The notes under the pieces are model-generated. The model saw nothing but the letters and a program-made list of their open reading frames with translations, did no database searches and had not been told where the DNA came from. From the NCBI GenBank assembly GCA_038851755.1, contig JAWCKR010000003.1:32001-96000 (forward strand): 64,000 nucleotides of DNA, given 5' to 3'. This DNA comes from Candidatus Hadarchaeales archaeon. Its GTDB lineage: Archaea > Hadarchaeota > Hadarchaeia > Hadarchaeales > WYZ-LMO6. Positions 45,688 to 54,758 of this stretch are shown here, one piece after another (the first letter of the stretch is position 1; each line of letters starts with the position of its first letter). Made by a program: the position numbers and the translations under genes.

Positions 45688-47159
45688 CCTTCCCTCCACC
45701 ACCTCTCCATCAGGGCCACCCTGGGGATGCCCTCCAGGGCCATTTTCCCAGGGTTCAGGATTCCCTGCGGGTCCAGGAGCTTCTTCAGGGAGCGCATGAG
45801 CTCCAGCGCGTACCCGTGCTCCTCCTCCAGGTAGGGGGCTTTCCACAGTCCCACCCCGTGCTCCGCGGTGAGGGTTCCGCCCAGAGAAAGGGCAAGCTTT
45901 ATGGCCTCCTCCTGGAAGGACCTGGCCCTCTCCACCTGCTCGGGAGACTCCGGCACGAAGGTGGAACCTATGTGTACATTACCGTCACCGACGTGACCAA
46001 AACATACCCCCATGATGCCTTTCTCCTCCATGAGGGCCTTGACTCTCCTCACGTATTCCAGCATCCGAGAGAGGGGCAACCCCACGTCCACGGAGGCCTG
46101 AAAGACCAGCCTGGGGGTCTCGGGCGGGGGAAGGAGCTTGGTGAGGGAAGCGCTGATCTTTTCCCTGGCCTCCCACAGCCTCCTTCCCAGGGCCTCGTCC
46201 TCCACCCCCAAAATTTCCGCTCCTTTTCCCCTGCACACGCTCACCATCTCTTCCATCTCCCCCTCCACCGCCTCCAGGTACCTTCCATCCGAACGCAGCA
46301 TGAGCGCTCCCTTCCCCTCTGGTAGGGAAAAGCCGCTCATGTTCAGGGCGAGGAGGCAGAGCTCGTCCAGCAGCTCCAGGGAGGCCGGGGTGATGCCCCT
46401 TCCCAGAATCTCCATGGCGGCCTCGAAGGCCCCCTCCAGCGAGGGGAAAATGGCCAGGTTGGTCCTGCGGATGGGGGGATAGGGCTCCACCCTCAGGGTT
46501 ACCTCCGTGATCACCCCCAGCGTGCCTTCCGACCCCACGAAGAGGTCCTTCAGGGAGTAGCCAGAGGCAGACTTCGCGACCTTCCTCCCCAGCCTCACCA
46601 CCTCCCCCCCTGCCAGCACCACCTCCAGGGAGAGCACGTAGTTCCTGGTGGCCCCGTACTTCACGGCCCCCGAGCCGCTGGCGTTGGTCGAGACCATACC
46701 TCCTATGGTGCAGGCCATGGCGCTCCCGGGCTCCGGAGGGAAGAAGTACCCCCTGCGCTCCAGCTCCCGGTTCAGCTCCGCGTAAGTGGCCCCCGGTCCC
46801 GCCACCACCATGCGGTCCTCCACCCTGGGCTCGATCCTGTTCATCTTCTTGAGGTCCAGCACGATTCCCCCCTCCACCGGGATGAGCTGCCCCGCCAGGC
46901 TGGTCCCCGCCCCCCGGGGGATGATGGGTATGCGGTGGAGGGAAGCGAACCTGAGGATCCGGGAGACCTGGGCCGTGTCAAGGGGGGTGACCACGGCGTC
47001 GGGTAGGAACCTGAACTGCGGGAGGTACTGCTGGAGGCCCCTCAGGAAGTGATCGGCGGAGTAGGGGAGGAGGTCAACCTCTTCCGTGAGGACGTTCTCC
47101 CTCCCCACCATTCCTGCCAGTTCCCTCTCCAGTTCCTTCCTTCCCGGCCGGGAGCTCAT
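45684..47159 (-). CDS. FAD-binding oxidoreductase, GlcD/D-lactate dehydrogenase family
   Basis: PRGAGT.L.G, TIGG..STNA.G, GSEGTLG.ITE, GH.GDGN.H, EHG.G, DP..ILNPGK. Confidence 0.92.
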   Translation of the reverse strand: MSSRPGRKELERELAGMVGRENVLTEEVDLLPYSADHFLRGLQQYLPQFRFLPDAVVTPLDTAQVSRILRFASLHRIPIIPRGAGTSLAGQLIPVEGGIVLDLKKMNRIEPRVEDRMVVAGPGATYAELNRELERRGYFFPPEPGSAMACTIGGMVSTNASGSGAVKYGATRNYVLSLEVVLAGGEVVRLGRKVAKSASGYSLKDLFVGSEGTLGVITEVTLRVEPYPPIRRTNLAIFPSLEGAFEAAMEILGRGITPASLELLDELCLLALNMSGFSLPEGKGALMLRSDGRYLEAVEGEMEEMVSVCRGKGAEILGVEDEALGRRLWEAREKISASLTKLLPPPETPRLVFQASVDVGLPLSRMLEYVRRVKALMEEKGIMGVCFGHVGDGNVHIGSTFVPESPEQVERARSFQEEAIKLALSLGGTLTAEHGVGLWKAPYLEEEHGYALELMRSLKKLLDPQGILNPGKMALEGIPRVALMERWWREG

Positions 47160-47752
47160 CTCCTCCCCCCGGCCATCCCGAGCTCCAGCGCCCTAAGGTT
47201 GGGGCTGTTTTCCCCGAAGAGCTCCACCACGACCTTCCTGAAGCTTTCTGGCCTGAGGGGTAGCCAGCCCGAGGCCGCCAGGCGCCCCACCATCACCACG
47301 TTCTGCATCCTGGCGTCCCCGGCCTCCCTGGCCAGCTCGGTGGCCTCCACCACCACGACCTCCCTCGAGAGCTCCCTTATGGCCTCCAGAACCTTCTCCA
47401 CCTCGGGGTACTTTGTCTGCCCGGAGAGGACCTCGAGCGGGTAGACAGGCCTCGGGTTCACCATCACCCTTATCCCAGGGTTGCCGTAGGTGCCCAGGGC
47501 CCTGAGGGTCTCCACGGGTTCAAACCCCAGCAGCACATCTCCCGTCCCCTCGGGCATGAGGGGGCTGTAGGTTCTCCTCCTGGAGAGCCTGAGGTGGCTC
47601 ATCACCGGGCCCCCCCTCTGGGTGGCCCCGTAGGTCTCGCCCACGGACACCTGGAAGCCTTCCTCCGTGGCGGCGGAGCCTATGAGCAGGGAGGCCAGCA
47701 GGTTCCCCTGTCCCCCCACACCCACCACCAGCACGTTCAATGGGTCCTTCAC
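47156..47752 (-). CDS. iorB: Indolepyruvate:ferredoxin oxidoreductase beta subunit
   Basis: GVGGQG, G.TQRGG.V.SH.R, EPVE..R, NVVM.G; GTG start 47752 overlaps iorA stop. Confidence 0.9.
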   Translation of the reverse strand: MKDPLNVLVVGVGGQGNLLASLLIGSAATEEGFQVSVGETYGATQRGGPVMSHLRLSRRRTYSPLMPEGTGDVLLGFEPVETLRALGTYGNPGIRVMVNPRPVYPLEVLSGQTKYPEVEKVLEAIRELSREVVVVEATELAREAGDARMQNVVMVGRLAASGWLPLRPESFRKVVVELFGENSPNLRALELGMAGGRR

Positions 47753-49671
47753 CCTCCCTCCTCCACCACGATGGCCCCTGCCGGGCAGAGCTCCGCGCAG
47801 AGCCCGCAGCCCGTGCAGAGGACCTCGTCTATCTTGGCCTTGTTCTTGGAGTAGTCCCAGATGTTGGCGGGACAACCGAGTACCCTGGAGCAGAAGGCCA
47901 TGCAGCCGCACTCCTCCCCTATGCACTTCTCCTGGTCCACGTACACCCTCGGCTTCTTCTTCCTCTTCTCGCTCTCGGTGAGGGGACAGGGGTGCCTGAG
48001 CACCAGGACCCTGGGACCCCTCCCCTTCAGCATTTGGTGGAGGGTCTTGGTGGCCTCGTCCACCTCGAAGGGGTCACAGACCCTCACCTCCACCCCTATC
48101 CCCCTGCACAGGTCCTCCACCCTTATGGGGGGAGAGGGCTCGCCCGAGGCCGTCATCCCCGAACCGGGGTGGGGCTGGTGGCCCGTCATCCCGGTGGTGG
48201 AGTTGTCCAGCACCACGTGCAGGAGGTTGGAGGAGTTCCACTTCGCGTTGATGAGGGCAGGGATGCAGGCGTGGTAGAAGGTAGAATCACCGGAGACGGA
48301 GACCACGGGCCTTTCGAAGCCGAACCTGTCGAGCTTCCCGAAGCCACAGGCCGTCCCTATTCCCGCCCCCATGCAGTGGAGGGTCTGCTCCACGGAGAAG
48401 CCCGTGGGAAGGACCGCCATGCTGTAGCACCCTATGTCCCCCGCCACCACGGCCTCCCTCCCGTCCCACTTCAGGGCCCTCTTCATCACCCAGAAGGAGG
48501 CGCGGTGGGGGCATCCAGGGCAGAAGGCCATGGAGCGTCCTGGCACGTACCCGCCCACCAGCTCCTCCGCCCTGCTCGCGTACTCCGGGGGCCTGGGGGA
48601 GTAGCCCACCCCCCTCAGGCCGGAGAGTGCCCTCAGGACCAGCTCCGTGTTGAGTTCTCCCACGGCGGGGATGTGGCCGCTCTTCTTCCCGTAGAACTGG
48701 AGGGGCCCCAGTCCCCTGGACGCGAACTCCGCGGCCAGCGCCTTCACGTTCTGCTCGAGGAAAGGATCTATCTCCTCCACGAACAGGACCTCCCTGGTGC
48801 GGCTGAGGTGCTTGAAGAGCAGCTCCTCGGGCAGGGGCCAGGTGGTTCCCAGCTTCAGGATCCCCACCGAGTCCTGGAGGCCCAGGAGCTCCACCGCCTC
48901 AGCGGAGTAGGTGTAGGAGGGTCCGGAGGTGAGGAGGAGGAGCCCCGGGTGCTCGGGTCCCTCGTACCGGTTAAAGGGGGAGGTCTCGAACTTCTCGGCA
49001 GCCGTCCTCATCTTCTGATGTAGCATGTCGTGGAACATGCAGGCGAAGGTGGAGCTCCCCGAGGTCCAGGGGGGAGGGACCACGAACTCGGGCTTCCTTC
49101 TTTCCCTGGAGAGGGGCCCCAGCTCCACCACCCCCCTGGAGTGGGAGAGCCTGGTCACGCTCCTCACCATGCAGAGGAGGCCCAGCTCCTCCGAGAGCTC
49201 AAAGGCCCACCGCGTCATCTCCTTAGCCTCCTGCGGGGTGGAGGGCTCCAGGAGGGGAATGTCCGCGAGCCTGGCGTAGTTCCTGGTGTCCAGCTCCGTG
49301 GTGGTGGAGTGGGCTGCGGGGTCATCACCGGTGACCAGCACGAAACCCCCCTTCGTCCCCGACAGGTTCACGGTCATCAGGAAGTCGGAGCACACGTCCA
49401 CCCCCAGGTTCTTCATGGCGGTGAGGGCGCGCAGGCCCGTGGCAGCGGCTGCCCCCGCCACCTCCAGCGCCACCATCTCGTTGGTGGACCACTCCACGTA
49501 GAGGTCGAACTCCCTCGAGGCCTCCAGCAGGGCCTCCACCACCTCGGAGGCGGGGTTCCCGGGATAACCCGAACAAACCTGCACCCCGGCCTCCAGGGCC
49601 CCTCTGGCTATGCCCTCGTTGCCGCTGAGCAGCAGCTTCTTCCCCGGTCTGTCCAGCCCTATCCTGCTCAT
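47749..49671 (-). CDS. iorA: Indolepyruvate:ferredoxin oxidoreductase alpha subunit
   Basis: GNE.IARG, YPG.P, EWS.NE, CPGCPHR, GDIGC, GDSTF.H TPP motif, C-terminal ferredoxin. Confidence 0.92.
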   Translation of the reverse strand: MSRIGLDRPGKKLLLSGNEGIARGALEAGVQVCSGYPGNPASEVVEALLEASREFDLYVEWSTNEMVALEVAGAAAATGLRALTAMKNLGVDVCSDFLMTVNLSGTKGGFVLVTGDDPAAHSTTTELDTRNYARLADIPLLEPSTPQEAKEMTRWAFELSEELGLLCMVRSVTRLSHSRGVVELGPLSRERRKPEFVVPPPWTSGSSTFACMFHDMLHQKMRTAAEKFETSPFNRYEGPEHPGLLLLTSGPSYTYSAEAVELLGLQDSVGILKLGTTWPLPEELLFKHLSRTREVLFVEEIDPFLEQNVKALAAEFASRGLGPLQFYGKKSGHIPAVGELNTELVLRALSGLRGVGYSPRPPEYASRAEELVGGYVPGRSMAFCPGCPHRASFWVMKRALKWDGREAVVAGDIGCYSMAVLPTGFSVEQTLHCMGAGIGTACGFGKLDRFGFERPVVSVSGDSTFYHACIPALINAKWNSSNLLHVVLDNSTTGMTGHQPHPGSGMTASGEPSPPIRVEDLCRGIGVEVRVCDPFEVDEATKTLHQMLKGRGPRVLVLRHPCPLTESEKRKKKPRVYVDQEKCIGEECGCMAFCSRVLGCPANIWDYSKNKAKIDEVLCTGCGLCAELCPAGAIVVEEGG

Positions 49672-49672
49672 C

Positions 49673-50725
49673 CTAAGCCTCCTTCAGGTAGCGGGCCCCC
49701 AGCCTCTCCCTCTCCTCCGCGCCCCTCCTCTTCTTCGTGAGGCTGGCCTCCCTCAGGTGCTCCAGCCTCTCCCTCTCCAGGGGTGCCGTCTCCACCTCAC
49801 CCTTCCTTCTCGCCCCCTCGAAGAGCTCCCTTCCTCTCTCGCTCCTGAGGATCACGGTGTTCCATCCCTCCTCCCCCTCCACCATTCCCACGGAAAGGTC
49901 GGCCAGCTCCGCCGTCATGTCGAAGCAGATGCGGCAGGAGGGGGGGATGAAGCTCCTCACCTCGTCCAGGGAGAACTCCACCCTCCCGTCCTCCGTCTCA
50001 GCCACGAAGAGGTTGGCGGGAGGGGGAGGAATGTCGAACCTCCTCACCTTTCTTCCCCCCAGCTTCGCTTTCAAGAGGGCCCCGGCCTGGTGGGAGAGGG
50101 CCCAGGTGCAGAAGAGCCCCACCACCAGCCCCACCCTCGACACCTCCCACTCCTTCTCATAGGCCTGGATCTTCCTCAGGGCCAGCACCTGGCAGGGCGT
50201 GCCCACGAAGGCCACCCTTCCTCCCTCTTCCTTCCTCAGCAGCCTCACCACCTCCCCCACCGAGGGCGAGAGCAGGTACCTGGAACCCGCACAGCGGAGC
50301 ACCTCCTCCTCCGTCCTGGCCACCGTGGGCTCCGGGTAAACCCCGTCGGGAGATCCCGTGAGGACCACGGAGTCCACCTCCCCTTCCCTCAGGGCGTGTA
50401 GCAGGAGGGAGGAGACCGTCCCACCGTACTGGGCCCTCCTCCTCACCCCTTCCCTCCAAGCCCTGGCCTTGAGCACGGAGGAGTGGACCCCGAGCGAGGA
50501 ATCGGTTCTGCGGGTACCGAAGACCCTTTCCTCCAGGCCGGGAAGGTCCACCTCCGTCCTGGGGCAGAAGAGGTAGCACCTGCCCTCCTCCCTGCCGCAG
50601 GGTTCCAGCATGACGGCCTTGCCCTCCACCGCGTTCAGGTAGGGGCAGATGGAGGTGCAGGCCCCGCAGCCGGCGCAGAGGCCGGAGGAAAGGACCTTGG
50701 ACTGGAGTTCCAGGGGCCCGCCCAT
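49673..50725 (-). CDS. FrhB/FdhB-family (F420-binding type) Fe-S flavoprotein
   Basis: N-terminal C..CG.C...CP, AQYGG.VS.L, GSRY, VG.PCQ, GLFC, C..C.D.TAE.AD.SVG. Confidence 0.88.
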   Translation of the reverse strand: MGGPLELQSKVLSSGLCAGCGACTSICPYLNAVEGKAVMLEPCGREEGRCYLFCPRTEVDLPGLEERVFGTRRTDSSLGVHSSVLKARAWREGVRRRAQYGGTVSSLLLHALREGEVDSVVLTGSPDGVYPEPTVARTEEEVLRCAGSRYLLSPSVGEVVRLLRKEEGGRVAFVGTPCQVLALRKIQAYEKEWEVSRVGLVVGLFCTWALSHQAGALLKAKLGGRKVRRFDIPPPPANLFVAETEDGRVEFSLDEVRSFIPPSCRICFDMTAELADLSVGMVEGEEGWNTVILRSERGRELFEGARRKGEVETAPLERERLEHLREASLTKKRRGAEERERLGARYLKEA

Positions 50726-50797
50726 CCCTCCCCCTTCCTCTCCCAAAATTTAACCATGTTTCCGAAGGTGTTTAAGTTTTGAAACTGAAGGAAGCTG

Positions 50798-51832
50798 ATG
50801 AACTTCCTCGAGTGGTGGGTGCTGAGGGTCTTGCTTATCTTCGTGGTCTTCCTACTGGGCGGTCTGATTTTCAGAAAGGTCTTGGACTCCTACCTGCGCA
50901 AGCTAACGGCCAGGACCAAGCTGGGGGAGGTCATCCTCTCCGCCCTCAGGACCCCCGTGCTGCTGATTTTCATATTGGTGGGCCTCAACTTCGCCCTCCC
51001 GGAGGTCCCCTCCATCCCCCCGGAGGTGGAGGAACGCCTCCCTCTGCTCTTCTCCCTCCTCCTCATCCCGGTGGGGGCCCTAGCCGCGGTGAGGTTGGTG
51101 ACGGGTCTCCTGAGGTACTACTTTACTAAACATCCTGAGAGCAGGGTTGCCGTCCCCATTTTCTCAAGGGTCATAAAGGTCTTCGTTTATCTCGTGGCTT
51201 TCTTGCTCATTCTTCACCTCATGGGCATAGATATCACGGCCCTCGTGGCCGGTCTGGGCATAGCGGGCATCGCCATAGCCTTTGCCCTGCAGGAGACCCT
51301 CTCCCATTTCTTCGCGGGGCTCTACCTCATGTCGGAGAGGCCCATCAGGGTGGGGGATTTTGTGGAGCTGGAGACGGGACAGCAGGGATACGTGGTGGAT
51401 GTAGGGTGGAGGAGCACCAGGATCAGGGAACTCCCCAACAACATCATCGTGGTCCCCAACTCCAAGCTGGCCGGGATGGTGGTGAAGAACTATTCCCTCC
51501 CCGAGCCTGAGATGGCCTGCCTGGTGAACGCGGGTGTGAGTTATGACAGCGACCTGGAGAAGGTAGAGAGGGTCACCATAGAGGTAGCCAAAAATACCAT
51601 GAAGAGACTGGGCATGGAGTTCCCGGGCTTCGAGCCCTTCATCCGCTATAACTCCTTTGGGGAATTCAGCGTCAACTTCACGGTCGTCATGAGGGTGAGG
51701 GAGTTCACCGATAAGTATCTGCTCACCCACCAGTTCATCAAGGAACTGCACAAAAGGTACAGAGAGGAGGGAATAGTGATACCCTTCCCCATAAGGACGG
51801 TCTATCTGCGGGATGGTAAGAAGGAGAATTAG
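50798..51832 (+). CDS. mscS: Small-conductance mechanosensitive channel
   Basis: AGLGI.GIAIAFALQ.TL..FFAG, P..VGD, WRST.I, PNS, IPFP. Confidence 0.92.
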   Translation: MNFLEWWVLRVLLIFVVFLLGGLIFRKVLDSYLRKLTARTKLGEVILSALRTPVLLIFILVGLNFALPEVPSIPPEVEERLPLLFSLLLIPVGALAAVRLVTGLLRYYFTKHPESRVAVPIFSRVIKVFVYLVAFLLILHLMGIDITALVAGLGIAGIAIAFALQETLSHFFAGLYLMSERPIRVGDFVELETGQQGYVVDVGWRSTRIRELPNNIIVVPNSKLAGMVVKNYSLPEPEMACLVNAGVSYDSDLEKVERVTIEVAKNTMKRLGMEFPGFEPFIRYNSFGEFSVNFTVVMRVREFTDKYLLTHQFIKELHKRYREEGIVIPFPIRTVYLRDGKKEN

Positions 51833-51839
51833 ACCCGAA

Positions 51840-52895
51840 TCAACCTGACGGGATGTGCTCGGGGGGTCTGACCAGCTTGAACTTCATCGCCCCGTCCTCG
51901 CACCCCACCACGCAGACCCCGCAGCCGAAGCACTTCTCCGGGATCACCCTGGCCTTGTACTTTTTGCTCCCCTCGGGCCTCACCAGCTCCACGGCCTCGA
52001 AGGGGCACCTCTCCAGACAGGTCTGGCAGCCGGTGCACCTCTCCTGGTCCACGTAGGCCTCGAACCTGCTCTTGGCGGTGAGCTTCTCGGGGGAGACCCC
52101 TCCGTACCTGTAGAAGTTGAAGAACTCGCAGCAGTCCGGACAGCAGTTGCAGATGGTGTTGATGGTGAGCTTGGAGTGGTTGGGCCCCATGTGCACCAGT
52201 CCATCCCTTTCCGCCTTCTCCAGCACCCTCAGGGCCTCCTCCTTCGTCAGGGGCTTCCCCGAGCCCCTCTTCACCACGTACTCCGCCCCCCTGTGGAACT
52301 GGGTGCAGTGCCAGGTCTCCCTTTCCTTGGTGTACTTGCAGGGCTCCCCCACTCCCTCCTGCACCAGCCTGCAGGAGCAGGGGACCGCCGCAAGCTGGGT
52401 CTGGGAGCTGACGATTTGCACGATGTCCTCACACGGTAGCACCCCCTCGAGTCCCTTGAGGGCGCCACCCGCAGGGATGACCCTCCAGATGGGCTCCGTG
52501 AAGATGGCACCCAGGAGCTCGCCCATGCCCTTGTAAAATTCCTTCCTCCCGAACTCGTACCACAGCCGGAAGTACTTCTTGTCCCTCTCCAGGTCGAGGT
52601 GCTGGGTGGCGAGGGTGGCGTCGTGGAGCTGTACCAGCTCCCTGGCAAACCTGAACTGCTCCCTCTTATCGAAGTCCTTGGGGAAAACCACCCCCTTCCT
52701 CCACAGGTCCTCCAGGATCTCCCTCACCCTCTCCTCGGGCATGCCGAGGTTGTTCGCCACATCCCGAACGCTCCCGGGGAGGGCGGCGGCCACCCTCGCC
52801 TGCTCGGGGGTCATCAGGTACTCCAGGATCTGCCTGAGAAAGGGAGACTCAGGAAAGCCCAGGCCCTCCATCAAAGGGCGAAAAGGGTCCTCCAT
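51840..52895 (-). CDS. 4Fe-4S binding protein with N-terminal HTH-like region and Cys-rich domain
   Basis: CSCR...C...C, ICNCC.DCC, C-terminal 2x CxxCxxCxxxC. Confidence 0.8.
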   Translation of the reverse strand: MEDPFRPLMEGLGFPESPFLRQILEYLMTPEQARVAAALPGSVRDVANNLGMPEERVREILEDLWRKGVVFPKDFDKREQFRFARELVQLHDATLATQHLDLERDKKYFRLWYEFGRKEFYKGMGELLGAIFTEPIWRVIPAGGALKGLEGVLPCEDIVQIVSSQTQLAAVPCSCRLVQEGVGEPCKYTKERETWHCTQFHRGAEYVVKRGSGKPLTKEEALRVLEKAERDGLVHMGPNHSKLTINTICNCCPDCCEFFNFYRYGGVSPEKLTAKSRFEAYVDQERCTGCQTCLERCPFEAVELVRPEGSKKYKARVIPEKCFGCGVCVVGCEDGAMKFKLVRPPEHIPSG

Positions 52896-52925
52896 CTCTA
52901 GAATTCCCTCTGCTGGGTTAAAAGA

Positions 52926-53744
52926 TTAGGGGGAGAGGAGGAACTCCAGCACGGTTTCCGTGACCTTTTCTATTTCCTCCTGCAGCTCGTGGGCCGAGTT
53001 CTCGAAGTAGACCAGCCTGGCTTTGGGGATGCGCTTCGCCATGACCTCGGCGTTCTCGGGAGGGATGTACTTGTCCTTCTTCCCAGCCAGGATGAGGGTG
53101 GGGGCCTTTATCTGGGGGAGGCGGTCGCAGGCATCGAAGCTCAGGATGGCCCCCACCTGCCTCACGATCCCTTCCGGAGGGGTGGGGGCTACGAGGAGGA
53201 GGTCGGCGGCCACCTCCACCAGGCCCGGGTTCTCCCTCATGAACTCCTCGGTAAAGATGAAGGGGAGGAGCTTGAAGGCGGTCTCCCTGTCCCATCCCTT
53301 CTGGGAGAGGAGTCCCATGATTTCGGTGACCATCGCGGCAGCCTCCCCAGGAATGGGCACCGCCTTGGGCCCTCCGCAGAAGGTGGAGGCCAGCACCAGC
53401 TTTTCCACCTTCTGGGGGTGGTTGATGGCCAGCTCCTGTGCGATCATCCCCCCCATCGAGATGCCGAGCACGTGCGCCTTCTTTATCCCCAGGGCGTCCA
53501 TGAGGCCCGCCGTGTCGTCGGCCATCATCCTTATGGTGTACTCCTCCTTGTCCGAGACGTCCGTCCTCCCAGCTCCTCTGTTGTCGAAGACGATGACCTT
53601 GAAGCGCTCGGAGAGCTTGGGTATGAAGTACACGGGATCCCAGCAATCCGCGTTTCCCATGAAGCCCATGATGAGCACCAGCGGGAAGCCTTCCCCGCGG
53701 ATGTCGTAGTACATCTGGATGTCGCCAACCTTTACCTTTGGCAC
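52926..53744 (-). CDS. Alpha/beta hydrolase
   Basis: DNRG.GRT, G.SMGG nucleophile, D and H of triad. Confidence 0.9.
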   Translation of the reverse strand: MPKVKVGDIQMYYDIRGEGFPLVLIMGFMGNADCWDPVYFIPKLSERFKVIVFDNRGAGRTDVSDKEEYTIRMMADDTAGLMDALGIKKAHVLGISMGGMIAQELAINHPQKVEKLVLASTFCGGPKAVPIPGEAAAMVTEIMGLLSQKGWDRETAFKLLPFIFTEEFMRENPGLVEVAADLLLVAPTPPEGIVRQVGAILSFDACDRLPQIKAPTLILAGKKDKYIPPENAEVMAKRIPKARLVYFENSAHELQEEIEKVTETVLEFLLSP

Positions 53745-53779
53745 GTTTTTTCTTCTCGAGGTTGGATAAAAAGCCTATC

Positions 53780-54712
53780 TCACAGCTCCAGCACCCTGGC
53801 CGCGTTCTTGCCCAGGATGGCCTCGATCTCCTCCGAGGTGAACCTTATGCCCGCGGCCTCCACCTGCGGGGGAGGGCTCCTGACCTTGTCCACCCATCCG
53901 GCCTCGCTCAGGAGGGGCTTGGGGGTCATGGGCCAGTCGCTCCCGAAGAGCACCCTGTCGCTCCCCACCACGTCGCAGATGGTCCTGAGGACCCTGTAGA
54001 AGTAGGTGGAGGGCTCGCAGTAGTTGCCCCATGCGGCCGTGTCCAGGTACACGTTGGGCTTCATCATGGCCACGGACATGGCCTCCTCCCACCACCCGAA
54101 CCCCATATGGGCCATGATGATCTTCAGGTCGGGGAAGTCCGCAGCCACATCGTCCACGTACACCGGGCGGGCGAACCTGCTCAGGAGGGGAGGGAGTTCG
54201 GTGCCGGTGTGGATGAGCACGGGGACCCCGTACTCCTCGCACTTCCTGTAGAGAGGGTAGCAGACGGGATCGTTGGGGAAGAAACCGGAGGTGGGATGTA
54301 GCTTGAGTCCCCCCATCCCCCACTCACCCAGCCCCTTCTCCAGGAGCTCCGCGGCGTTCTTCCTTCTGGGGTCCACCCCTGCGAAGGCGATGAAGCGGTC
54401 GGAATAGTTCCTGGCGACCTCGGCGAAGAAGCGGTTCTGCTCCTCTATGGGGACCTTCGGTTCCCCCAGCCTCAGCCCCCAGTCCAGCGGGAGGATGACG
54501 GCCTTCTCTATGCCTGCCTCGTCCATCTCCGCGAGCAGCTCCTCGGGAGGGGCGTGCCAGAAGCTGGGCATGACCGTTTCCCAGACCTCCCCCTCGCTCA
54601 GGCTGGGTATCATGTGCCGGATCACGGAGGCAAGCCCCTTCCAGAAGGGCTCGGGGAGCCAGTCCTTCTCCCACAGGTGCGTATGTGCGTCGATGATCAG
54701 GGGAATCCCCAT
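53780..54712 (-). CDS. Amidohydrolase_2 family protein
   Basis: IDAHTH, G.KLHP, HTG, AHMG, FGSDWP. Confidence 0.9.
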   Translation of the reverse strand: MGIPLIIDAHTHLWEKDWLPEPFWKGLASVIRHMIPSLSEGEVWETVMPSFWHAPPEELLAEMDEAGIEKAVILPLDWGLRLGEPKVPIEEQNRFFAEVARNYSDRFIAFAGVDPRRKNAAELLEKGLGEWGMGGLKLHPTSGFFPNDPVCYPLYRKCEEYGVPVLIHTGTELPPLLSRFARPVYVDDVAADFPDLKIIMAHMGFGWWEEAMSVAMMKPNVYLDTAAWGNYCEPSTYFYRVLRTICDVVGSDRVLFGSDWPMTPKPLLSEAGWVDKVRSPPPQVEAAGIRFTSEEIEAILGKNAARVLEL

Positions 54713-54758
54713 CGGTCTTCTCCTCTCATCCTTTAATCCTACCGAAACTCTTTTCGGC

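Noticed and set aside
42603-52895. Selenocysteine in the Fe-S/Hdr-like proteins
   Set aside because: All cluster motifs are encoded with ordinary Cys codons and no in-frame TGA interrupts these ORFs.
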